From Acidobacteriota bacterium (lineage in GTDB: Bacteria; Acidobacteriota; Blastocatellia; Pyrinomonadales; Pyrinomonadaceae): 64,000 nt of DNA. A program made the translations under genes and the position numbers. The stretch covers positions 2,932-66,931 of the forward strand of contig JAFAZX010000093.1 of the NCBI GenBank assembly GCA_019239425.1, given 5' to 3'. The notes beneath the pieces are model-generated. The model was not told the origin of the DNA. It saw nothing but the letters and a program-made list of their open reading frames with translations, and did no database searches. Positions 19,052 through 28,370 of the stretch are shown here, one piece after another; within the stretch, counting starts at the first letter, position 1; each line of letters opens with the position of its first letter.

Positions 19052-21094
19052 TTATTTCGTCTCGCCCAATTTGGCTTTGATTCTGGCCGTGTCGACGGCT
19101 TCCGCCGAGAGGGAGAGAGCTTTGCGCCAAGAGGCTTGCGCCTTTTCCTGCTGGCCGAGCTTCTTGAAGAGGTCGCCCAGGTGCTCTTGAATCGTGGCCG
19201 AAGTCGGGTTGCGGCGTGCCGCGTCACTTAGATAACGTTCGGCCTCTTTCAGTTTGCCGAGCTTGTAATAGACCCAGCCCAAACTGTCCAGGAAAGAAGG
19301 GTTCTGCGGCTCGGCGCGGAGGGCGCGCTCGATCATGTCGCGCGCCTCTTCCAGCTTCTGGTCGTGCTCCGTGAGGAAATAGCCGAGGTTGTTGAGGGCC
19401 GTCGCGTTGTTCGCGTCCTTGGCCAGAATCTGGCGGAGCGTCTCCTCAGCGCCGCGGTTGTCGCCGGCGCGCTCCTGCGCCGAGGAGAGCATAATCAGCG
19501 CGTTCGTCGTCTGCGCCGGGTCTTCGGCCGAGGCGAGCGAGAGCGCCTTGCGGGCGGCCTCGACGGCCTCCGTGCCCTTCCCCGCGCTCATCAGCACGTT
19601 CGAGATGAAGAGGTACTCTTCGAAGTCGCTCGCGTCGCCCTTCAGCCGGGGCCGCAGCAGCGCGAGCGCCTCGTCGGTGCGCCCGAGTTCGGCGAGCGTC
19701 TGCGCCTCCTGCCGGAGCAGGCGCGGGTCTTCGGGGAAGCGCTGGCGCGCGGCGCGCACGCCCTGAAGCGCCTCGGCGCGCTTGCCGTTCGAGCGGAGGA
19801 ATTCGACCTTCTGGACGTCGGCGGTCGGGTCGTTGTCTGGGAGCAGCGCGCGCATGCGCTCGAAGACGGCCATTGCCTGGTCGGTCTGCCCCGCCTGCTG
19901 GCGCAGGCCCGCGACCTCCATGAGCACGGAGACGGCGAAGCGCCGCTCGCGCTCGTTGGCGAGCGGCGTGTCTTTGATGTTGCGCGACGCGAGGAGGTCT
20001 TCGTAGACGCCGACCGCCGCCTCGAAACGCGAAGCGTCCTCGTAGACCTTGGCGAGCGTGAGTTGGAGTTGGAGCTTCTCCACATCGTCGCCGGGCTTGA
20101 CGGCGGCGATCGAAGCCTTGAGAGTCTCGACCGCCTCTTCAACCTTGCCGGTGCGCGCCTGCGCGCGCGCGAGCGTCTGCGCGGCGCCGCTGTTGGAAGG
20201 GTTCGCCGCGACGATGCGCTTCAGCTCCTGGATGACGCCGGAGTCGGCCGCGCCGCCGGCCTCGAACGCGTCGCCGAGCAGTTGCAGGTAGCGCGGGTTC
20301 TCGGGCTCGATGGCCATCGCGCGGCGGATGGCGGCGACGGCCTCTGCCGGCTGGCCCGCGCCGAGCAGGACTTCGCCGAGCCTCGCGTTGGCCGCGTCCG
20401 GACTCAGCTCGCGCCCCTGCGTGACGACCTGATAGAAGCGACCTTCCATCGAAGCGGGCAGAGTCGCCCACGTGCGCAGGGCCTCGACCGCCTCCTTCTC
20501 GCGCCCCGTCGCGACGTAGAACTCTGCGAGGAGCGCGTAAGCTTCGGCGTCGTTCGGGTGAACGCGGAGCACCTCGCGCAGTTCCGCGACGGCCTTGTCG
20601 GCGGCGGGGCGGTTGATAGACTTGTCGGCGAGCCCGCTCTGGAGCGTGTAGACGCGCGCGAGCGTGCGGTGCGCGCCGTAGCTGTCGGCGTTGGCGCGGA
20701 CGGCGGCCTGCGCCTCCGACTCGGCCTGCTTGAGGTCGTTGGTGATGAAGTAGGTCTCCGCGAGCGCGGCGCGCGCCTCTGAGAGTGTCGGTTCGAGTTC
20801 GGCCGCCTGCTGGAAGGCGGCCTGCGCGCGCCTCAAGCCTTCGAGCGTGAGCGTCCCCGAACGGACGCCCTCGAAGTAGCGCTGGCCTTCGAGCAGCTTG
20901 GCGTAGGCTTGGGCGCGGCGCGCGAGCGCGGGCGTCTGCGGCTGCGCGGGCGTCGCCTGGGGCTGGGCCGGCGTCGCGGGCCGGGCCGGCGCGGGCTGCG
21001 CGTGCGTGGCGGTGGCGACAAAGCAGAGGGCCGCGAGCGCGCAGGCCGCGGGGCCGCCAAGAAGGGGCCGGGCGGGACGTGCAGAGAGGTTCAA
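19052..21094 (-). CDS. Secreted TPR-repeat protein
   Basis: Signal peptide, then many TPR-like units (e.g. AERYLSDAARRNPTSATIQEHLGDLFKKLGQQEKAQASWRKAL). Confidence 0.8.
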   Translation of the reverse strand: MNLSARPARPLLGGPAACALAALCFVATATHAQPAPARPATPAQPQATPAQPQTPALARRAQAYAKLLEGQRYFEGVRSGTLTLEGLRRAQAAFQQAAELEPTLSEARAALAETYFITNDLKQAESEAQAAVRANADSYGAHRTLARVYTLQSGLADKSINRPAADKAVAELREVLRVHPNDAEAYALLAEFYVATGREKEAVEALRTWATLPASMEGRFYQVVTQGRELSPDAANARLGEVLLGAGQPAEAVAAIRRAMAIEPENPRYLQLLGDAFEAGGAADSGVIQELKRIVAANPSNSGAAQTLARAQARTGKVEEAVETLKASIAAVKPGDDVEKLQLQLTLAKVYEDASRFEAAVGVYEDLLASRNIKDTPLANERERRFAVSVLMEVAGLRQQAGQTDQAMAVFERMRALLPDNDPTADVQKVEFLRSNGKRAEALQGVRAARQRFPEDPRLLRQEAQTLAELGRTDEALALLRPRLKGDASDFEEYLFISNVLMSAGKGTEAVEAARKALSLASAEDPAQTTNALIMLSSAQERAGDNRGAEETLRQILAKDANNATALNNLGYFLTEHDQKLEEARDMIERALRAEPQNPSFLDSLGWVYYKLGKLKEAERYLSDAARRNPTSATIQEHLGDLFKKLGQQEKAQASWRKALSLSAEAVDTARIKAKLGETK

Positions 21095-21606
21095 GCCAGT
21101 GTTCCTTTCGCGGCCCGCACAGGGTCGCCTTCCCCGCCTTCGGTCGCGCGGACGACCGCGGCCCAGGCCGCGCGCCGCGGGTAGCAGTAGGCGAGCACGG
21201 CGATGGCGATGACGCCGAAGTAGAGCATGTCCGTCCCGGCGCCCGTCATGACGCTGATGAGGAAGCCCAGCACCGCGATGACGGCGGCGATGGCGGCGAC
21301 GATGACGGTCGTCGTCTGCAAAGTCTCAAGCAGTCCCGCAGCGCCGCGCAGCGCCGCGATGTCTTGCAGGCGCATGGCCTGAAACCGCGTGCGCCGGAAG
21401 ACGATGGCGCCGAGGCCGAGGAAGATGACGACGAGGCGGAGCGTGTTGGCCGCCACGGGGTTGAAGCGGACGGCCCCCGAGAGGAAGCCGGAGATCGCGA
21501 CCAGCATCAGCAGCAGCGTGAAGACGCCGACCAGCTTCACGACGTTCACGGCCGACGTATGCCTGCGCGCCAACTCGCCCTGCGTGCCCTCGACAGTCTG
21601 TGCCAA
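21091..21606 (-). CDS. Integral membrane hypothetical protein
   Basis: Four predicted hydrophobic helices. Its stop overlaps the TPR gene start by 4 nt, suggesting translational coupling. Confidence 0.55.
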   Translation of the reverse strand: MAQTVEGTQGELARRHTSAVNVVKLVGVFTLLLMLVAISGFLSGAVRFNPVAANTLRLVVIFLGLGAIVFRRTRFQAMRLQDIAALRGAAGLLETLQTTTVIVAAIAAVIAVLGFLISVMTGAGTDMLYFGVIAIAVLAYCYPRRAAWAAVVRATEGGEGDPVRAAKGTLA

Positions 21607-21703
21607 CGCCGCCTCCTCGCGGGATAGCTTTCGTGATTAACTCTTAAAGGGGGACGCGGGGATTATATCCGAACAGAACCGCGAGCGGTAGCGAGCGGGT
21701 GGG

Positions 21704-21790
21704 CGGAAGTAGGAACCAAAAGCGCCGAACGCTGAACTGAAAGCTCGTGCCTTCAGTTCAGCGTTCGGCGTTCCTACTTTTGACTTCCGT
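21704..21790. repeat. Heptamer-periodic hairpin element (CGCCGAA/CGCTGAA/CTGAAAG)
   Basis: cggaagtaggaaccaaaagcgccgaacgctgaactgaaag / cttcagttcagcgttcggcgttcctacttttgacttccg. It ends 1 nt from the BamD-like gene stop. Confidence 0.85.
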
Positions 21791-23362
21791 TTACGGCTTG
21801 AGGCTGCTGCTGCTGTTGACCTTGGTGCCGTCGTCCTTCTTCGGCGCGGGCGCGGGGGTCTGGGGCAGCGGGCGCACGTCCTGCGCGGGGCGCGTGCGCT
21901 GGGTCGGGCGGTCGTAGTTGGCCGGCAGCACGCCGCCGTTGGCGATCACGTCGGCGATGATGTCGCCGCCCTTGCTCGACTGGCTGATGATGACGCCGTC
22001 CTTGACGACCGTCTTCGGGATCACGCCGCTGATCTCGCGCAGGACGCCGCTGACCATGCCCGGCCCCTTCGGCTCCTCGAAGTTGGTGCGGTCGGGGTCG
22101 GGGTCGGGCACCGCCGCGCCGATGGCCGCCAGCTTCTCCTTGGCCTTCTCGGCGTACTCGCTGTTCGGGTGGCGGCGCACGAGCTGCTGGAGGTACTTCG
22201 TCGCCTCGTCCGGCTCCTCCTCCTCGAGGTAGGTCGTCGCGTAGCGGAAGAGCACGGCGGCCATGCCGGAGTAGTCCTTGTACTTCTCGACGATGAGGCG
22301 GTAGCGCGCCTGCGCGCCCTTCAGATTATTCGCGCGGTGCTGGTAGAACTTGTTGAAGTACTGGTCGCCGACGTCCTTCTCGTGGTCGGCGAGGTTCTCC
22401 TGCACCTCGCGCAGACGCAGCTCGACCTCGGGGCGGAGCTGCGACTTCGGGAACTGCTGGAGGCAGACCTTGAGGCGCTGCTCGGCCTTACGCGCGGGTG
22501 AGATGTCGCGGTTGGAGAGGCCCATGCGGCGCATCTCGACCTCGCCCATCTTGAGGCACACGTCGTCGGAGAGCGAGTGGGTCGGGAAGAAGGTGACCCA
22601 GTCCTGGTACGCCTGCCCGGCCTGGATGAGCGCGCTCGTCGTCCCTTCGAGGTAGAAGGTGTCGGCGATGGCGAGCTTGGCGAGCGGCAGGTAGACCGAG
22701 TCGGGGTAGGTGTTGATGATGACGCTGAAGAGGGCGCGGGAGGTCTCGAAGCTCTCCTTGCGCGCCTGCTTGGTCGCCTCCTCGAACAGCTCGCGGTCGC
22801 GGCCCGGGGCGACGGTGCCGACCAGCTCGTCGTACTTGTCGTCGCCGCCGCGGCCGAGGATGCGGCCGAAGATGCCGGTGCCCTTCTTCTTCTTCTTGTC
22901 GTCCTCCTTCGCGGCGGCCGCGGCCGGCGACGCCGTGCGCTCGCGCATCGTGTCGCGCATCGATGACTGGACGCGCGTGTCGAGTTCGGCGACGGCCGTC
23001 TCGAGCTTGTCCAGCTCCGCGGGGTCGTACTTGTCGGCGCGCTCCTGCTTGCCGCGGATGTCGGCGACTTCGTTGAGGAGCTTGCTCGCCTCCTTCTCCA
23101 GGCCGCCGAGGCGCACGCGCGGGTCGTCGGCGTTCGCCTGCTCCGAACCCTTGTCCTTCGAGTTCAGCCCGGCGATGGCGCTGTTGAGCGTGCGGCGCAT
23201 CGTCTCCAGGCGCGAGCGCATCACGTCGAGCCGCTGGATGGGCGAGAGCTGCGACCGCTGCTGCGGCGCCGGCGCGGCCGAAGCCCGCAGCGCGCGGGCC
23301 GGCAGCGCGCCCGCCAGCAGCGCGGCGCACATGACCGACATCAATACTTTGCGAAAGCGCAT
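21791..23362 (-). CDS. BamD/YfiO-like outer-membrane assembly lipoprotein (TPR), with long N-terminal coiled-coil extension
   Basis: Start moved to ATG 23362 (MRFRKVLMSVMCAALLAG..., GGAGG SD). The central region (YPDSVYLPLAKLAIADTFYLEG...FFPTHSLSDD...QFPKSQL...RHPNSEYAEKAKEKL) resembles BamD. Confidence 0.6.
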   Translation of the reverse strand: MRFRKVLMSVMCAALLAGALPARALRASAAPAPQQRSQLSPIQRLDVMRSRLETMRRTLNSAIAGLNSKDKGSEQANADDPRVRLGGLEKEASKLLNEVADIRGKQERADKYDPAELDKLETAVAELDTRVQSSMRDTMRERTASPAAAAAKEDDKKKKKGTGIFGRILGRGGDDKYDELVGTVAPGRDRELFEEATKQARKESFETSRALFSVIINTYPDSVYLPLAKLAIADTFYLEGTTSALIQAGQAYQDWVTFFPTHSLSDDVCLKMGEVEMRRMGLSNRDISPARKAEQRLKVCLQQFPKSQLRPEVELRLREVQENLADHEKDVGDQYFNKFYQHRANNLKGAQARYRLIVEKYKDYSGMAAVLFRYATTYLEEEEPDEATKYLQQLVRRHPNSEYAEKAKEKLAAIGAAVPDPDPDRTNFEEPKGPGMVSGVLREISGVIPKTVVKDGVIISQSSKGGDIIADVIANGGVLPANYDRPTQRTRPAQDVRPLPQTPAPAPKKDDGTKVNSSSSLKP

Positions 23363-23380
23363 CAGTAAAACCTCCAAAAA

Positions 23381-23466
23381 CTGAATGCTGAATGATGAGT
23401 GATGAATGATGAGTGAGAGGCGGCGCGCCTTCCATTCATCATTCATCACTCATCATTCATCATTTC
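23381..23466. repeat. Heptamer-periodic hairpin element, CTGAATG/ATGAGTG family
   Basis: ctgaatgctgaatgatgagtgatgaatgatgagtgag / ccattcatcattcatcactcatcattcatcatttca. The rpe stop (23465-23467) lies at its end. Confidence 0.85.
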
Positions 23467-24127
23467 AAACGAGCTGCGCCGCCGCGTTCAGGAGTTCGCG
23501 GGTGGCGGCGGCGGGGTCTGGCTGGCCGAAGACGGCCGTGCCGGCGACGAAGATTTCGGCGCCGGCGGCGGCCACCTGCGCGATGTTCTCGGGGCCGATG
23601 CCGCCGTCCACCTCGACGCGCACGTCGAGGCCGCGCTCGCGGATGGTGCGGCTCAGGCGCCTGATCTTTTCAACTGAGGTCGGGATGAACTCCTGCCCGC
23701 CGAAGCCCGGGTTGACCGACATGACCAGGACGTAGTCCACGTAATTCAAGACCTCGTCGAGCGCGCTCAGGGAAGTCGCGGGGTTGATGACCACCCCGGC
23801 CTTCGCGCCGCGCTTACGAATCGACGCGAGGGTGCGGTGGATGTGCGGGTCAACCTCGATGTGGACTGAAACCATGCGCGCCCCGGCCTCCGCGAACTGC
23901 TCGGCGTAGCGCCCCGGCTCGGAAATCATTAGATGCGTGTCCAGGGGCAAACGGGTGGCTCGGGCCAGCGAACGAACTACGGGCAGCCCGAGCGTGATGT
24001 TCGGCACGAAATGGCCGTCCATCACGTCCACGTGGATGATGGTTGCGCCGCCGCGCTCGGCCGCCTCGATCTGCTCGCCGAGCCGCGTGAAATCTGCCGA
24101 AAGGATGGACGGCGCAATCTCGATCAT
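23465..24127 (-). CDS. rpe: Ribulose-phosphate 3-epimerase
   Basis: [17 protein letters not shown]...[16 protein letters not shown]...[13 protein letters not shown]. Confidence 0.95.
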   Translation of the reverse strand: MIEIAPSILSADFTRLGEQIEAAERGGATIIHVDVMDGHFVPNITLGLPVVRSLARATRLPLDTHLMISEPGRYAEQFAEAGARMVSVHIEVDPHIHRTLASIRKRGAKAGVVINPATSLSALDEVLNYVDYVLVMSVNPGFGGQEFIPTSVEKIRRLSRTIRERGLDVRVEVDGGIGPENIAQVAAAGAEIFVAGTAVFGQPDPAAATRELLNAAAQLV

Positions 24128-24153
24128 AGAACTGCCCCTTGGACGTTGGCGGC

Positions 24154-24846
24154 TTACCGGTTCGGACGGCGGTTCGCGTTGGCGCCCGCGGGGCGCGCGC
24201 TGTTCGTCGTCGTGCGAGGTCGGGAGTTGTTGTTGGTCGGGTTCAAGCGGTTCGAGTTCTGCGGACGCTGCGCGTTCGCGTTCGCGTTCGAGGGGCGCAC
24301 AGTGTTCGCGTTGCGGTTGGCGCCGCCCGAGTTCGCGTTCTCGCCGCCGGCGTTCGTGTTGGCGCCCGCGTTGCTGTTCGCCGAGGCGTTGGCGTTGGCG
24401 TTCGAATTCTTGTTCGTGTTCCGGCGGCGGTTCGCGTTCGCGTTCTGGTTCTTGTTCTGCTGGTCGAGACCCTCGGTGCCGCGCTCCTCGCGCCGCTCCT
24501 CGATGACGGCCTCGTCGGGCGGCTTCTCGCCCTCTTTGGGCGCGCGGCTGACGACGACGGCGACCGTCTGCCCGCCCTTAATCACCTCGCCGGCGCGCGG
24601 CGACTGGTCGAGGATGACGCCGGGCTGGACGCCGGCCTTGTAGCGCTTGGCGCGCTCGCGTATGTCGAGGCCCGAGCGTGCGAGCGTCTTCTCGCCGTCG
24701 TAGTAGGACTGGTTGACGACCTCCGGCACCGAGATGTCTGGGCTGCGCAGCGAGAGGATGACCGTCCAGACCATGCCGAGGGTGAATGCGACGGCGATCA
24801 GCGCAACGACCCCCAGCTTACCGAACGCCGACAGGATGTTACTCAC
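24154..24846 (-). CDS. Membrane-anchored single-PASTA-domain protein with Asn-rich low-complexity tail (no kinase domain)
   Basis: One TM helix ([23 protein letters not shown]). PASTA-like [21 protein letters not shown]...[25 protein letters not shown]. The tail is [33 protein letters not shown]... The start is uncertain. I chose GTG 24846 because the longer ORF would begin inside a terminator stem. Confidence 0.6.
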   Translation of the reverse strand: MSNILSAFGKLGVVALIAVAFTLGMVWTVILSLRSPDISVPEVVNQSYYDGEKTLARSGLDIRERAKRYKAGVQPGVILDQSPRAGEVIKGGQTVAVVVSRAPKEGEKPPDEAVIEERREERGTEGLDQQNKNQNANANRRRNTNKNSNANANASANSNAGANTNAGGENANSGGANRNANTVRPSNANANAQRPQNSNRLNPTNNNSRPRTTTNSARPAGANANRRPNR

Positions 24847-24899
24847 TAACTTCCGATACCTCTCGTTGAGCCCGACGGGGGAATTTGCCGCAAAAGACT

Positions 24900-24936
24900 G
24901 ACACAAAGCGGCCGGCGCAGTCTAACACCGGCCGCT
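24900..24936 (-). terminator. Intrinsic terminator downstream of rsmB
   Basis: The minus strand reads gcggccgg-tgttagactgcg-ccggccgc, followed by CTTTGTGTCAGTCTTTT. Confidence 0.6.
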
Positions 24937-24953
24937 TGCGAGCCGCAAGAAGA

Positions 24954-25031
24954 GAAGGATGAAGGCGGAAGGATGAAGGCGGAAGGAAACGCTGTCCTGA
25001 CTTCATCCTTCATCCTTCCGCCTTCATCCTT
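24954..25031. repeat. Heptamer-periodic hairpin element, GATGAAG/GCGGAAG family
   Basis: gaaggatgaaggcggaaggatgaaggcggaagg / cttcatccttcatccttccgccttcatcctt. The rsmB stop TGA (25024-25026) lies inside the right arm. Confidence 0.85.
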
Positions 25032-26379
25032 TAAGGAGCGAAGCGACGAAGAAGCCGTCAACGTCGTCGCGGTGGGGCCAGGTGCGCACGGCCCGCGTCT
25101 GTGTGAAATCGTTGTGAGTTTGGAGGAAGGCGGCGACGACCTCTTCGTTCTCTTCCCTCTCGACCGAGCAGGTGGAGTAGACGAGGCGCCCGCCGCGGCG
25201 CAAGCACCGCGCGGCCTCGTCGAGAATCTTGCTTTGAACCGCGGCCAACTCGCGAAAGCTCTCTGACGAGAGGCGCCAGCGTATCTCGGGGTTGTGACGC
25301 AGCGTGCCGGTGCCCGTGCAGGGCGCGTCCACGAGCACGCGGTCGAAACTCTCGGCGGCGAAGGGCAGCGCGGCCTCGGCGTTGTACGCGGCGAGTTGCA
25401 CGCCTTTGACGCCGAGGCGCGCGCAGGTCTCGGCGACGACGCGCAGCCTGTGTTCATACAGGTCGCCCGCGACGACGAGGGCCTGCCCCCCCGTGAGCGC
25501 GGCGACGTGCGTCGTCTTGCTCCCAGGCGCGGCGCAGGCGTCGAGCACGCGTTCGCCCGGCTCGGCGCCGAGGACGTGCGCGACGAGCTGCGACGCCTCG
25601 TCCTGCATGTAGACGAGACCTTCGGCCGCAAGTTTTCTCAACGAAGGACTCGCACCCGCGCCGCCTTCGACGCGCCACGCGCCGGGCGCGACGCGCGAGG
25701 GCGCGAGGGCGAGGCCTTCGGCCCGGAGGTTTTCGACGAGGGCGGCCGGGTCGGCCTTGAAGGTGTTGACGCGGAAGGCCGCGGGGGCGGAGTCGTTGTT
25801 GGCGCGCGCGAAGCCCGCGGCCTCCTCGACGCCGAACGCGGCGGCCCAGCGACGGATGAGCTTCGGCGGGTGCGAAGTCTCGACGGCGATTCTTTCGAGC
25901 GGGTCTTCGACGACGGCCGCCGGGTCGTAGTCCGGCTCGCGCGTGGCGCGGCGCAGCACGGCGTTGACGAAGGGCGCGGCCGAGCGGAAGCCTTTGGCGT
26001 GCGCGAGCTGCACGGACTCGTTGACGGCCGCGTGCGGAGGCACGCGGGCGAGGAAGCGGAGCTGAAACAGGCCCAACCTCAACGCGAGCCTCACGGGCAC
26101 GTCGAGCTTCCCCGCTTTTCTCTCCGAGAAGTGTTCGACGACGCGGTCGAGCCAGAACTGTCGGCGCAGCACGCCGAGCGTCAACTCGTAGGCGAGCCCC
26201 CGGTCTTCGGGCGAGAGCGCTTCGGGGAGGTTGGCGAGCAGCGGCGCGGCGAACGCGCCCTCCTCCTCGACCCTGCGCAGCACCTCGAAGGCCGCGCGGC
26301 GCGCGGGCGAGACGCCGCGCGGACGGCCGCCCCCGTCCGCCTTCGTCGCACGCTTCACGATGCGCACGCGCCCCGACAT
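25024..26379 (-). CDS. rsmB: 16S rRNA (cytosine967-C5)-methyltransferase
   Basis: NusB-like N-terminal domain plus SAM methyltransferase motifs (VLDACAAPGSKT, DRVLVDAPCTGTGTLRHNPE). Positioned after fmt. Confidence 0.9.
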   Translation of the reverse strand: MSGRVRIVKRATKADGGGRPRGVSPARRAAFEVLRRVEEEGAFAAPLLANLPEALSPEDRGLAYELTLGVLRRQFWLDRVVEHFSERKAGKLDVPVRLALRLGLFQLRFLARVPPHAAVNESVQLAHAKGFRSAAPFVNAVLRRATREPDYDPAAVVEDPLERIAVETSHPPKLIRRWAAAFGVEEAAGFARANNDSAPAAFRVNTFKADPAALVENLRAEGLALAPSRVAPGAWRVEGGAGASPSLRKLAAEGLVYMQDEASQLVAHVLGAEPGERVLDACAAPGSKTTHVAALTGGQALVVAGDLYEHRLRVVAETCARLGVKGVQLAAYNAEAALPFAAESFDRVLVDAPCTGTGTLRHNPEIRWRLSSESFRELAAVQSKILDEAARCLRRGGRLVYSTCSVEREENEEVVAAFLQTHNDFTQTRAVRTWPHRDDVDGFFVASLLKG

Positions 26380-26385
26380 AACTTC

Positions 26386-27345
26386 TCAGCCTAACTTCTC
26401 TCCCGCCTGCACGCGCGAGCCGTTGATGAAATCGCGTGCGCGCAGACGCTGCTTGCCCTCGGGCTGCACCTCAAGGAGTTTAAGCGTGGTCTCCCCGCCG
26501 CAGGCCACGATTAAATCATCGCCGCGCGCGACGACGAGCGTGCCGGCGGCGGTCGCGCCTTCGCCCCGCGGCGCCGCGTCGCCGAGGCCGGCCTCGCGAC
26601 CTCTAGCCTCTGCGCGCCAGACGATGAGGCGGCGGCCGTGGTGCGTGGTGAAGGCGTTCGGCCAGGGCTGAAAGCCGCGCACGCGGTGCTCGACCTCTAA
26701 AGCGTCGAGCGACCAGTCTATCAGCCCGTCCTCGCGGCGGAGGATGGGCGCGAGCGTCGCCTGCGCGTCGTCCTGCGCGCGCGGCCCGACCTCTCCGAAG
26801 CGCGCGAGCGTCTCGACGAGAAGCTCTGCGCCGACGTGCGAGAGTCTTTCGAGCAGTCGCGGCGCGGTCTCGCCCTCCTCGATCTGGGTCGAGCGTTGAA
26901 GGAGGACGGGGCCGGTGTCGAGCCCCTCGTCCATGAGCATCGTGGTGACGCCCGTCTCGCGCTCGCCGCGCACGATGGCCCAGTTGACGGGAGCCGCGCC
27001 GCGGTACTTCGGCAGCAGGGAGAAGTGCACGTTGACGCAGCCGAGCCGCGGCGCGCGCAGGAACGCGGGCGGCAGGATGCGCCCGTAGGCCACCACCACC
27101 GCCGCGTCGAACTCGCTCTCGGTGAAGAGCGCGAGCGCCTCTTCGGTCTTTATCTTCGAAGGCTGTCGAACCGCCAGCCCCTGCGAGAGCGCGTACTCCT
27201 TCACGGGCGGCGCCTTCAATCTGTTCCCGCGCCCCGCCGGCCGGTCGGGCTGCGTCCACACAGACAGGACTTCATGCCCCGCCTCCACGCAACGCCTCAG
27301 CGTCGGCACCGCGGACTCGGGCGTACCCATGAAGATGAGTTTCAT
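26386..27345 (-). CDS. fmt: Methionyl-tRNA formyltransferase
   Basis: Start moved to ATG 27345 (MKLIFMGTPESAVPTL...). Also CVNVHFSLLPKYRGAAPVNWAI. Confidence 0.95.
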   Translation of the reverse strand: MKLIFMGTPESAVPTLRRCVEAGHEVLSVWTQPDRPAGRGNRLKAPPVKEYALSQGLAVRQPSKIKTEEALALFTESEFDAAVVVAYGRILPPAFLRAPRLGCVNVHFSLLPKYRGAAPVNWAIVRGERETGVTTMLMDEGLDTGPVLLQRSTQIEEGETAPRLLERLSHVGAELLVETLARFGEVGPRAQDDAQATLAPILRREDGLIDWSLDALEVEHRVRGFQPWPNAFTTHHGRRLIVWRAEARGREAGLGDAAPRGEGATAAGTLVVARGDDLIVACGGETTLKLLEVQPEGKQRLRARDFINGSRVQAGEKLG

Positions 27346-27357
27346 AAGTGATGAGAA

Positions 27358-27431
27358 AGGGTGCTGGGTGCTGGGTGCTGGGTGCTGGTCTGTGTCTTCC
27401 CCAGCACCCAGCACCCAGCACCTAGCACCCT
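27358..27431. repeat. Heptamer-periodic hairpin element, GGGTGCT family
   Basis: agggtgctgggtgctgggtgctgggtgctgg / ccagcacccagcacccagcacctagcaccct. Confidence 0.9.
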
Positions 27432-27434
27432 CTT

Positions 27435-28340
27435 CTAGTACGCGCAGCGGTAGCTGTAGTGCTCGTAGACGGCGCGCCACTTCCCGCCCTCGCGGCGGTA
27501 GGCCTTGTAGGTCGTGCCCTCGAAGCTGCCCGCGGCGGTGAAGAACTCGGCCACGCCGTCGCCGTCCGCGTCGAGCTGGTCGATGAACGTCTCGGCGAGG
27601 AAGCCGCCCTTGCCGACCTCGCCAATCGCCGAAGCGTCCATCATCTCGCGCGCGTTAATGCGGTCGTACTTCTGGAACGCGGCGTCGTAGCCGTTGCCCT
27701 TCGGCGCGGCGACGAGGAAGAGTTCGTCCCTGACCTTCGGGCCGCTCTTGACGAGGTAGGTGCCGACCAGCTCCTCGCGGCCGTCGCCGTCGAGGTCGGT
27801 CGCGACGAGGTCGAGCGCCGCCGTCCTGACGAGCGCGGCGGCGCTCACGCGGTTCTGCTTGAGAATTGACTTCGCCAGGCGGAGCGCGCCCGCACGCTCC
27901 GCAGCGGTCGGAGCCCGCCTCGAACCGCGCGCCCGCAGCTTGAGCGTGGCGTCGGTGGCGAGCGCCGTCGAGTCGCGGCCGAGCCGCGCGCTCGTGCTTA
28001 CTGCGACGCGCGCGGCCGAAGGCGCACACTCGCCCTTCGAAGCTTCGCGTATCGTCACGGAGCCGGCCTCCGCGCCGCCGTAGAGGAGACGGTACTTCGC
28101 CCCCGGCTTGTAATAACGCTCGGAGAGGGACGTGGCCGAGAACTCGCCGTCAGCGCCCGGCTCCACGAACGCGCCGCGGCCGTCGATGAAGGCGACCGGC
28201 TCGACCTGATATTCGCCGCCCTCAACCCTTGAGGCGACGAAGACGGCGAACGTCCCTTGCGCCTGCCGGGCGCGGAGCGCCGGCGCGGGGCCGAGCAGTA
28301 GAGTGAAGACGACGAGAGCCCCGCCTATCCGTGTGCGCAT
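27435..28340 (-). CDS. Secreted hypothetical protein with FG-GAP/VCBS-like DxDGDG motifs
   Basis: Signal peptide MRTRIGGALVVFTLLLGPAPALRA. Motifs TDLDGDGREELVG and DADGDGVAEFF. Confidence 0.55.
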   Translation of the reverse strand: MRTRIGGALVVFTLLLGPAPALRARQAQGTFAVFVASRVEGGEYQVEPVAFIDGRGAFVEPGADGEFSATSLSERYYKPGAKYRLLYGGAEAGSVTIREASKGECAPSAARVAVSTSARLGRDSTALATDATLKLRARGSRRAPTAAERAGALRLAKSILKQNRVSAAALVRTAALDLVATDLDGDGREELVGTYLVKSGPKVRDELFLVAAPKGNGYDAAFQKYDRINAREMMDASAIGEVGKGGFLAETFIDQLDADGDGVAEFFTAAGSFEGTTYKAYRREGGKWRAVYEHYSYRCAY

Positions 28341-28370
28341 CGTGTGTGCCTTTCGGTCTTCGGCGGGTGC

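Noticed and set aside
23362-23449. N-terminal extensions of track ORFs that read through hairpin arms. Examples: MMNDEWKARRLSLIIHHSSFSIQ at 23449, WVLGAGEDTDQHPAPSTQHP at 27480, [22 protein letters not shown] at 39313, SSYHLSLITG at 63001.
   Set aside because: These peptides are translations of the heptamer repeats. Conserved protein N-termini begin at downstream ATGs, so I trimmed the starts accordingly.
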